19,469 nt of DNA from Pseudobacteriovorax sp. (GTDB taxonomy: Bacteria > Bdellovibrionota_B > Oligoflexia > Oligoflexales > Oligoflexaceae), in NCBI GenBank assembly GCA_050293845.1, contig JBNKNM010000095.1, forward strand, positions 253 to 19,721, written 5' to 3'. Below are positions 1 through 7,587 of this stretch, in pieces. The notes under the pieces are model-generated. The model ran no database searches. It worked only from the letters and a program-made list of their open reading frames with translations, and was not told the origin of the DNA. The translations under genes were made by a program, and so were the position numbers. The stretch's first letter is position 1, and every line of letters starts with the position of its first letter.

Positions 1-544
1 CATATGTCATAAATACCCCTAGAGTATGATCTTCGGAAACTTGTACTGGGCCTGTGTGTTAAAAGATCTTTAATTTCTGCCTATGTGTCAACATTTGATT
101 TTTTGTGGAGAAGAAAATTTAAGGATTTGGCTGTAGATATTGACATAAATAATGTCGCATTAATTTATATAAAAGTTTTCCGAACTAGTTTATTTGCCGA
201 TGAATGTATGGTCTAAATTAATGAGCTTGATATTATTATTTCTCGAAATTGCTAAAAAAATTTGGAAAATCTGGATTGGATCCTCCAAGAAAAGCAACCA
301 CTGGGTAAAAATTTTTGTAGCAAATACATTAATTGGGTTCCATGCACAGCAATGTGTCATCCTACAGAAAGGCAAAAATTAATGATTAAAACTTACTAGG
401 GGGTGTTGGCATTTCATTTTTTATACTCTTAAACCCATCCAAAAACATATTAAGCCAATTTTGACAGACTCTGCGTACATGGTTTTTAGTTTGTCATATC
501 AGGTTGCAATACCTCTGAAGTGTTTTAATCTTGCAAATAAATTT

Positions 545-742
545 TTAACTCGATGTCTTCTTTTGTACTATTTTCGTCGTTTCTCCAGCCCTGGATCTTC
601 CAATTGCCGATTCTTTCACTGTATTTGCTCCGGAAGTATGTTGATGAACTGGTATATATGAACCATCCATATATGTGGTTCGGAAGTCAATCTTGCCTTC
701 AACTGATTCTAGAATGGCATTCAATTTTTCCGTGAAATCCAA
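545..742 (-). pseudogene. IS5-family transposase fragment (first DDE Asp region)
   Basis: Translation contains YMDGSYIPVHQHTSGA...AIGRSRAGETTKI, matching the IS5-family signature IDSTxVxAHQHAAGA...AIGRSRGGxxTKIH. Only 65 aa remain and no terminal inverted repeats were recognised. Confidence 0.8.
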
Positions 743-825
743 CGATTATAATACTTAGATAGAGAGTGAAATAAAAAAAACCAATTATATGGGAAGTCCT
801 TACTGTTGTCACTCCCCATGAATTA

Positions 826-1701
826 TTATTGGCTAAGACCAGCATACATAGCATCCGCCGTGTGCTGAGCAATTTCGTGGATGGCTTCACTAGCTGTTTG
901 TGGAAAACCTTGATTATTAATTATAAAGTGAAGCATTGTGATAACGACAGTTCCTCCTTCGCCATTGTTAAATCCACTTCCATCATTGAAAGAAAGGTTT
1001 ATCATGGTCGACTGGTAGAAATCGGGATTATCTGCGTCGATAAGGTTTTCGACACCAAACCCCATCTCTTCATTTCCTGATTGAACCTGGTAGAGATTAT
1101 ATTCGGAGTTGCGTTCACTGGTGAGAAAATTGGTTTCCGTAGCCTGAATGGTTATTTTGTAATTCATATCCGTACTCCATAGATGGAGTCCATAGTCAAG
1201 ATTTTCGTCAGATTTTCTAGTGGCAGTGGATTCTAAGGTTACACTAGTTCCATCATAGTTTTGTGCCACGAAATCATAGATAGGTCTTTCTTTAACTTCG
1301 AAAGGACGGATAGGAACATGAAATGACCATGCTATGAGAAATTCAGAGGTATCAGTCTCCTCAGTATGTTGCGTGATAATGTGTTCTAAACTAATCTCAC
1401 CTGGTGTGGCATCTAAAGCTTTCTGGCGATAATCGATCAGCATTGTTGTTGGCTGCGCATTTTCGCACATATAAACCAATTCTTGGGAAACATCTGTTCT
1501 GAGGCGCAATTTACTGGCATACTTGCAGTATAGTTGGGGGTAGTTGAGATTTCCGTCCTCGTTTAATTCCGAACCTTCGAGTCCCGATGTCGAATCAGTA
1601 GTCTTGCTAGCTTGTTGAACCGATTCATCTCCCTTTGTAGATACTTCTGAGCACGCCGAAGTAACTGTTGCTATTAAGGTGAAGATATGTAAAACGCGCA
1701 T
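826..1701 (-). CDS. Uncharacterised lipoprotein, family A (paralog A1)
   Basis: ORF 826..1725. The probable start is ATG 1701 (AAGGAG 9 nt upstream), giving MRVLHIFTLIATVTSA-C with a lipobox. It has a Ser/Thr/acidic linker and shares a C-x19-C pair, RNSEYN, QVQSGN and NNQGFP with 5220..6098. Confidence 0.85.
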   Translation of the reverse strand: MRVLHIFTLIATVTSACSEVSTKGDESVQQASKTTDSTSGLEGSELNEDGNLNYPQLYCKYASKLRLRTDVSQELVYMCENAQPTTMLIDYRQKALDATPGEISLEHIITQHTEETDTSEFLIAWSFHVPIRPFEVKERPIYDFVAQNYDGTSVTLESTATRKSDENLDYGLHLWSTDMNYKITIQATETNFLTSERNSEYNLYQVQSGNEEMGFGVENLIDADNPDFYQSTMINLSFNDGSGFNNGEGGTVVITMLHFIINNQGFPQTASEAIHEIAQHTADAMYAGLSQ

Positions 1702-1727
1702 GAGATGACTCTCCTTATTAATCATTT

Positions 1728-2606
1728 CTATATACCTGTGCTTAAAATATGCTCATATATCTGGGAAGGAATTTTTCTATTTAAATCGGTTAATGCTCTT
1801 TCCATGCGTGCGGGGTCTATACGATCCTTGACTAGTAAATCCGTTACAAAGATAATATATGTATATCCATTACCACCTGTAACTCCTATGGTAAGACCGT
1901 TGGCTAAATGATAGTTCGGATTTGTTTCTACATCGACTAATAATTCTGTTGAAACCACCACATCACGATTATCTTCAACCAAAAGATAAGTATTAAATTC
2001 AGTGATTCGTTTATCGTAAATCGCGGCGCCGTCAGCAGTTTTTAGGTCGTAATTTAAAACGATTGATTCGATACTTCTCCTTCCTGGAAATTCTTCACGC
2101 GACTCTACATCAATCACAAGATTAGATGTGTCAGTGGTGATACCAGTGGCAAAGATATTATGCACCTTGTAGTCAGCGAACTGACTGGGATCTTCCAGAG
2201 GGATTTTAAGGGCATAGGCAAAAGCTAGATTGGTTACATATAAACCACTTGTGGAATTTTTGAGAATGTGAATCGTCGCTTCACCCGTACCCTCATAAGC
2301 GGTATCTATAATATCTGCGAAGGTTTGATTGGTGCTACCATTTTCACAAATCAGTTTAAATTGCTCACTAAAATCACCTTTTTTAACTAGTTCAATGATT
2401 CTGGGTCCCTCTTGACATAGAACTTCTTCCGCAGGTCGGCCATCAACAGTGGTGGCTAGAGGTCTTTTATCTTTGTCTTCGCCTTTGATATTGCCATCAT
2501 CGGCTCCACTTTGTTCTCGATTAACGCTTCCAAAATCACCCGGAGTGTTGATACAGGATATAAAACTAATACTTGCGATTGTAAGGATGTATTTGAATCG
2601 TTTCAT
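1728..2606 (-). CDS. Uncharacterised lipoprotein, family A (divergent paralog A2)
   Basis: 292-aa ORF with RBS TAGGAG and signal MKRFKYILTIASISFIS-C. Its C-x22-C pair, RITEFN, ELLVD and C-terminal Pro plus amphipathic helix align by eye with A1 and A3. Confidence 0.85.
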   Translation of the reverse strand: MKRFKYILTIASISFISCINTPGDFGSVNREQSGADDGNIKGEDKDKRPLATTVDGRPAEEVLCQEGPRIIELVKKGDFSEQFKLICENGSTNQTFADIIDTAYEGTGEATIHILKNSTSGLYVTNLAFAYALKIPLEDPSQFADYKVHNIFATGITTDTSNLVIDVESREEFPGRRSIESIVLNYDLKTADGAAIYDKRITEFNTYLLVEDNRDVVVSTELLVDVETNPNYHLANGLTIGVTGGNGYTYIIFVTDLLVKDRIDPARMERALTDLNRKIPSQIYEHILSTGI

Positions 2607-2654
2607 TGTGTCTCCTATTAAATCTGAGCAGCGAAAGCATCAGAAATTGACGCT

Positions 2655-2756
2655 TCAAAAAATTTGGAAAAATATAGATACTTTTGGGCTTGCCATGCTT
2701 CTCAATTCTGGCCATAGGCTTAGTATCAAAGCCCAAGTAAATGTTCTAATCCTCAT
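2655..2756 (-). CDS. Small ORF (33 aa, signal-peptide-like N-terminus) at the head of the left lipoprotein operon
   Basis: AAGGAG lies 10 nt before ATG 2756, just downstream of the minus-strand sigma54 motif. Translation: MRIRTFTWALILSLWPELRSMASPKVSIFFQIF*. Confidence 0.45.
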   Translation of the reverse strand: MRIRTFTWALILSLWPELRSMASPKVSIFFQIF

Positions 2757-2797
2757 AGTAGCTAGACTCCTTTATTAGCAATGTACTAAGCTCTACG

Positions 2798-2814
2798 TGC
2801 AACCAATAGGCCAA
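2798..2814 (-). promoter_or_regulatory. sigma54 (RpoN) -24/-12 promoter motif for the leftward operon
   Basis: Minus strand reads TTGGCCTATTGGTTGCA, i.e. TGGC-N7-TTGCA with exact GG-N10-GC spacing, about 40 nt upstream of ATG 2756. Confidence 0.65.
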
Positions 2815-3017
2815 GAAAGAATAGAGGATTTACATAACAATATTAAGAATATAAAAATTTGCTAAAACTGACAGGAAATCATCAGAGGAAAGGCTTAGAA
2901 GAAGTAAGTCAGTATATATTCGAAAAAAAAAGTCCTTTCACTATGTTTTTTCATATCAAGCTAAACCATGCATTTTGAGAATTAGTAAATTACGGAGAAA
3001 GAAACTGTCAAAATACG

Positions 3018-3030
3018 TAACTCTTTGATT
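3018..3030 (-). promoter_or_regulatory. IHF consensus binding site
   Basis: Minus strand AATCAAAGAGTTA is a perfect match to WATCAANNNNTTR and lies between the two sigma54 motifs. AT-rich DNA makes chance matches possible. Confidence 0.45.
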
Positions 3031-3110
3031 ACATAACTTAAAAGTTTTCTTGAACCTTTCGAGTGTGCAAGTATTTTTAAAAAATTCTTAAATGATTCAA
3101 CGATATATTT

Positions 3111-3126
3111 AGGCACAGTGCTTGCG
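3111..3126 (+). promoter_or_regulatory. sigma54 (RpoN) -24/-12 promoter motif for the rightward operon
   Basis: AGGCACAGTGCTTGCG with GG at 3112-3113 and GC at 3124-3125 (N10 spacing), close to the TGGCACGNNNNTTGC consensus and about 30 nt before ATG 3157. Confidence 0.7.
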
Positions 3127-3156
3127 TTCTTGGGAATATGGATTTCTGGAGGCTCT

Positions 3157-4212
3157 ATGAATAGTTCGAACATTGGACAGATAATTTTTTATATCTACTT
3201 ATCAACCAACATTATTTCTTGTAAGAAGGATAAAAAAGATCAATTCGTTGAAACTACAAGTAGAGGTGATAGTAGCGCAGAAAGTATTGAAACTGGATAT
3301 GATGATATTGCTCCTTCAGTTGAAACTGAAAGCGATCCATTTCAAGAACTTCCTGAAACGAAAAAGCCAAAGCCTCCCAGCTTGGCTACGATTCTGGAAA
3401 AGGAGTGTGGCTTAAAGGAACCACTCAATTCCCAAGCTATTATTTTAGATCAAGCCATGATCAATCCTTATCAAAGGGTACTTATTAGTGGACTTCTCGA
3501 TGTCCATATTGATATTTATACAACCATTTATATGAAAAACACTCAAGCCAGAAGTGACTTCACTATCGACTTGAATATTATAGGAGTGTCCGCGGATTTC
3601 CAAGGAGCACCGGCTGTTGATGTGCAGCCGGTGATGGAACAAGCGCTTAGCGAAGCTGCTATGTTTACGGGTACTACAACAAATTTTGCTCCAGGAAAAG
3701 ATAATCCTATTCCTGATGAGTGGTCTGATCTCATTTGCACAGTTGCCTTTGCTGGCACTTCTATCACAACAATTGGAGGATTTGAAACTGAAATAAAATA
3801 CTCACCTCCGTTACCGACAGGGGTTTCTCCTAATCCCATTGCTGAGCGATTTTCTTCAGAAATTGGTCGTTATCGACATTTTCCCGATATTACTGCGGAA
3901 ATTATAAGAACTAATAATCCACGGTTAACCGTAGGCCAAAAAATAAAAGGAAGTGTATTTATCGAAAGGTTAAATGCGGAGCGTAGCACACCCCGTATGG
4001 ATCTCAAGGGCGATGTTGCCTACCGCGTTACTAACTCATTTAAGGACAGGCGCACCACAGCAGATCTCGGTATGCTTCTTTGGTCTGAAGTCTATGTTGA
4101 CCATGTGACTCAAGAGTATCAAAATTTTGCATCTGACCTAGGAACCGACCTTCAGTACTTGTATAAGGACGGGGCTAAACCCTTTCCTAGCAGCATGGGG
4201 GAGCAGCCATGA
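3157..4212 (+). CDS. Uncharacterised lipoprotein, family B (paralog B1)
   Basis: ORF 3118..4212. The probable start is ATG 3157 (GGAGG 4 nt upstream). It has a lipobox IIS-C followed by KKDKK and an acidic/Pro linker, and is colinear with 4209..5189. Confidence 0.85.
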   Translation: MNSSNIGQIIFYIYLSTNIISCKKDKKDQFVETTSRGDSSAESIETGYDDIAPSVETESDPFQELPETKKPKPPSLATILEKECGLKEPLNSQAIILDQAMINPYQRVLISGLLDVHIDIYTTIYMKNTQARSDFTIDLNIIGVSADFQGAPAVDVQPVMEQALSEAAMFTGTTTNFAPGKDNPIPDEWSDLICTVAFAGTSITTIGGFETEIKYSPPLPTGVSPNPIAERFSSEIGRYRHFPDITAEIIRTNNPRLTVGQKIKGSVFIERLNAERSTPRMDLKGDVAYRVTNSFKDRRTTADLGMLLWSEVYVDHVTQEYQNFASDLGTDLQYLYKDGAKPFPSSMGEQP

Positions 4213-5189
4213 TCATAAAACTTCTGATTCTATTAGCACTTGTAGCATGCACTAAAAAAACAGAAAAGCAGCAAGCTGACTTTGCGGCAGAATCTGATGC
4301 TCGTAACTTGGGTGATTATCAGGATGAAGATAAAGATTTTCTCGATACTGGCGATAGCGTGCGACCGGAAGATGAGGATGTGGATGAAGTAAATCCGCTT
4401 AACCAATGTGGATTTCCAGATTTATCCGATTCAGAAGCATTATTCTTCGATCAGACATTAGTTTATCAATACACCCGTAACTTTTATGGAGGTCTCGCCC
4501 ATATCTATATTGATATTAATGCTAAAGTTCGATTAGGAAGTAGCCAGGTCAAAAGTTTCTTCGATTTTTCATTGGATATTTTAGGATCGGGAGCTACTGA
4601 TTTGCTAACTAATGAAGCCATCCCCGATACTACCATTGTTACTAATGGTGCTTCTGAACAAGCTGAAGATTTCCGGGGACGAGTCGAGTCAGACGCATTT
4701 CCATTACGTTCAAATTTTGATCCCAAGTGGAAAGATATTATTTGCACTCTACCTGGTGCAGACTATCTTAAAACCAGTTTGGGGGGGTATACCACTGAAG
4801 TAAGATTCGAACCAGGTTATCCCGCTGCCATGTCTCCTGCCGCTGATCCTGAACGCTATGATGAAGAGATTGGCTTATATCGGGCTTTTACCGAGATAAA
4901 GGCTACAGTGATTAAAACGAATAATCCCAATCTTGTGGAAGGGAAAACTTATATCGGATCGGTGTTGGTTGAAAAGATTGAACCTAATTTAACTAGTCCC
5001 AAAGGAGTTGCTATTGAAGCCAATCGTGCTTACCGGATGTCCTATCGATTTGGAACAGAAGAAGAAACTAGAGGATTGGGATTGCTAATTTGGACAGAAG
5101 CATACATCGATCATGACAAAAGAGAATACGCAGCTTTGAAAGCCAATATGGGCTCTCAATCTGAAATCAATTATTTTTTACCAGAATAA
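4209..5189 (+). CDS. Uncharacterised lipoprotein, family B (paralog B2)
   Basis: 326 aa with lipobox MIIKLLILLALVA-C and an ATGA overlap with the B1 stop. Motifs shared with B1: CG, WxDxICT, GG(F/Y)xTE, ERxxxEIGxYRxF, TNNPxL, AYR, LGxLxW(S/T)ExYxDH. Confidence 0.9.
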   Translation: MIIKLLILLALVACTKKTEKQQADFAAESDARNLGDYQDEDKDFLDTGDSVRPEDEDVDEVNPLNQCGFPDLSDSEALFFDQTLVYQYTRNFYGGLAHIYIDINAKVRLGSSQVKSFFDFSLDILGSGATDLLTNEAIPDTTIVTNGASEQAEDFRGRVESDAFPLRSNFDPKWKDIICTLPGADYLKTSLGGYTTEVRFEPGYPAAMSPAADPERYDEEIGLYRAFTEIKATVIKTNNPNLVEGKTYIGSVLVEKIEPNLTSPKGVAIEANRAYRMSYRFGTEEETRGLGLLIWTEAYIDHDKREYAALKANMGSQSEINYFLPE

Positions 5190-5219
5190 TAAAAAGACCA
5201 CACGAAAAAGGAGCATAAA

Positions 5220-6098
5220 ATGGTGCAGCGCTTATTAATTAGCTTAGGATTAGTTCCCTTAGTCATGGTTACTGGCTGTACAAAAGAATCAGATAGCGAA
5301 GATATTCATCTCATGCAGTCCCAGGAAATTTTGTCCTTAGATGGGATCGATTCGATGAATACCTATAGTTTGAGCATTCGTCAAGAGCTAAAAGAAACTT
5401 TTTGCATCCATGCTTTTCGTTTGCCTCTTAAATCGGACTTTACCGATGAGTTGAACGTATTATGTACTGATAATTTGCCGAACCGGACTTTCGACGACTT
5501 AGATCGATTCTCTGAGTTTGTCGGTGATATGCCGCGTTCCCTTCGCCTGAATGTTGAACATGAAGGAAACCGTAGTACGGGCTTGTTCGCGACAGTTTAT
5601 GAACTACCTATCCAACCCAAATGGGTGCGCAGTGCCGATATTGGATCATTTATGGTCAAAGATTCAAGCTATGACTATGTGCAGCAAATAGGTGCTGCGA
5701 GTAATTTGGATAATACTGTTGGTGGAGATCTTCAGTTTGGTAAAAGCTCCCTCGAATACAAAACGACTGTACAAACCTCTGATGGGCAAACTTTTAACAA
5801 TCATCGGCTTACGGAATTGAACAGTTTTCAGGTTCAAGGAGGAAATTCTGACATCGGTTTGGGTGCCGAGCATCTTGTCGAATCTGAAAATAACGATTAT
5901 GTCAAATATAATACGATTACAGTTACCATCGGGACTGAAACTGATGGTAGTGTTTTAATCACTATTATTAATCTTGATGTTGACAATAACGGTTTTCCAG
6001 AATTAACAGAGCAAGTCATGAGCGATATCGCTACTGCACAAGCAAGCCATGTGAGAATGAATCTATGGAGCAACTTACAGGATCATGTGATTGAATAG
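5220..6098 (+). CDS. Uncharacterised lipoprotein, family A (paralog A3)
   Basis: 292 aa with RBS AAGGAG and lipobox VTG-C. Its C-x19-C pair, RLTELN, QVQGGNSDIGLGAEHL and NNGFP match A1. Confidence 0.9.
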   Translation: MVQRLLISLGLVPLVMVTGCTKESDSEDIHLMQSQEILSLDGIDSMNTYSLSIRQELKETFCIHAFRLPLKSDFTDELNVLCTDNLPNRTFDDLDRFSEFVGDMPRSLRLNVEHEGNRSTGLFATVYELPIQPKWVRSADIGSFMVKDSSYDYVQQIGAASNLDNTVGGDLQFGKSSLEYKTTVQTSDGQTFNNHRLTELNSFQVQGGNSDIGLGAEHLVESENNDYVKYNTITVTIGTETDGSVLITIINLDVDNNGFPELTEQVMSDIATAQASHVRMNLWSNLQDHVIE

Positions 6099-6384
6099 AA
6101 TGATCATCCTATAAGAGTTTCTATATTTATTACAATAAGTGAGTCTAAGTTCACGGGTAGACGGCATAGTACTTGGCTATTTGCACAGATTTTGAGATTT
6201 GTGGACCTATGACGGCATTCGTCCTGAATGTCTAGTTGTTTATACTAGGGTATAATGGTAGCAGTGGGGGGCCATACCTAACTTGTGGTGATCCTGAGTT
6301 TGATTTTTCTCAATACCTTTGTTTTAGCAGCGGCGAATCGAACAAGGTAATGTCTCATTCTTGCAAGTTAGTAATGAGCAGCAA

Positions 6385-6963
6385 TTAGAGATTTTTGGTG
6401 TAGTTACTTTTTCCAGTAGATTTATGCATACCCCATTCTTCCTTTGTTAATTCCCAGATTTCGCGTTCCGAGTACTGGGGATCTACGAACTTAGCAGCTT
6501 CTATACGTATCAATCGTGCACCTGTTTTCTCTTTGATCCTGCGAGATCGTGTATTGCCAAGGGCATTGGCAAAAATGAGTTTAGTAAAGTTAAGATCATT
6601 AAAAGCAAAGTCCATTATCGGTTTGACAGCTTCGGTCATAATCCCCTTTCCCCAATGTTTCTTTGCCAGCCAAAAGCCCCTATTTTCGGGTTTACCATCG
6701 CGCCAAAGATCTACGACGCCTATCACTTCATTTTTACTTTTCTTCAAAAAAATTGCCCAAGCCCAGCGAGATCTTCCTTGTTCTGGAAGAATCACATGTT
6801 TCATGAATTCGTATGCACCATTTTCAGGGTAAGGCCAAGGAGTCACGTGAGATAGGTGCCGAATGACCTCATAGTCAGAAAAATTCCTCTGGTAACTTGT
6901 AGCGTCGTCCAAAGTTACCCCTCTCAGATAAAGTCTATCAGTTTCAAATTCAGGTATTTTCAT
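6385..6963 (-). CDS. GNAT family N-acetyltransferase, RimJ/RimL-like
   Basis: N-terminal ETDRLYLR, acetyl-CoA loop GFWLAKKHWGKGIMTEA and NTRSRRIKEKTG motif; RBS GAGGA. Confidence 0.92.
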   Translation of the reverse strand: MKIPEFETDRLYLRGVTLDDATSYQRNFSDYEVIRHLSHVTPWPYPENGAYEFMKHVILPEQGRSRWAWAIFLKKSKNEVIGVVDLWRDGKPENRGFWLAKKHWGKGIMTEAVKPIMDFAFNDLNFTKLIFANALGNTRSRRIKEKTGARLIRIEAAKFVDPQYSEREIWELTKEEWGMHKSTGKSNYTKNL

Positions 6964-7193
6964 CTAAATCCTCTTTCACTTAGTTGTGATAATTTATCTG
7001 AATTTCCGCCGCTAAGATCATACCGATTTGGCTCTTTCCACTTCCTAAGTCGACAGTTTCATGAGCATCGCATATATACTCGAGTCGCCTAAGGATCATC
7101 ATCTAACTTTCGCCTCTGAAAGGACGATGTACTCAGAGTAATATTGCAGCCATGAATGCCAACTTATGATATAAAGTTAATATTTAAAACCTC

Positions 7194-7530
7194 CTACTCC
7201 AATAAATTCAAATAAGATGAGGTCCCTGAGTTTCCGACACAATCAATGATATCCCCGGCCTCAACTTCTGCCCCCCAGCGGACCGTAATGGGGCTAAGAT
7301 GACCATAGGTGGTTTAAGATCAAAATCGTGATGCAGAACCACAGCCTTGCCATAGCCCTTTGACGCCCCTGCCCAATGAATCTTCCCGCTGCCACGGGTC
7401 TTACTTCTGTACCCAGGTGAGCTGATATATCAATTCCGTAGTAAAAACCACCCCTTCATGGCCTGTAGGGAGACGAGACTCCATCTTTCGCGGGCCAAGC
7501 AATGGGAAGTATCGGCTTTTCTAATATACG
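7194..7530 (-). pseudogene. M23-family metallopeptidase (peptidoglycan DD-endopeptidase) remnant
   Basis: Stitching three frames gives AWPAKDGVSSPYRP*RGGFYYGIDISAHLGTEVRPVAAG / IHWAGASKGYGKAVVLHHDFDLK / TTYGHLSPITVRWGAEVEAGDIIDCVGNSGTS. There is an in-frame TGA at 7458-7456, frameshifts near 7383 and 7313, and no terminal HLH motif. Confidence 0.88.
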
Positions 7531-7533
7531 CAC

Positions 7534-7559
7534 AAAAAAGGGAGCCTTTTTAGACTCCC
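7534..7559 (-). terminator. Rho-independent terminator of the S8 protease gene
   Basis: Minus-strand RNA GGGAGUCU-AAAA-AGGCUCCC-UUUUUU forms an 8-bp stem (one U-G pair) plus a U6 tail, 28 nt after the stop at 7588. Confidence 0.85.
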
Positions 7560-7587
7560 CCTAGTAAAAACAAAGGATTAAGTAAGG

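Noticed and set aside
1..399. Plus frame 1 is open for about 130 codons apart from three TAA stops (possible decayed gene); short ORFs 190..375 and 194..382
   Set aside because: No recognisable family motif or RBS, so it cannot be distinguished from chance in AT-rich DNA.
406..422. TTGGCATTTCATTTTT, a sigma54 -24-like element
   Set aside because: The -12 GC is absent and there is no credible downstream gene.
3118..3156. GTG start at 3118 for B1
   Set aside because: It lies inside the sigma54 motif; ATG 3157 has an RBS and gives a normal-length lipoprotein signal.
6170..6330. GYNGSSGGPYL resembling a trypsin-like catalytic Ser motif
   Set aside because: The motif is isolated in a stop-bounded frame with no His/Asp motifs, which is too little evidence.
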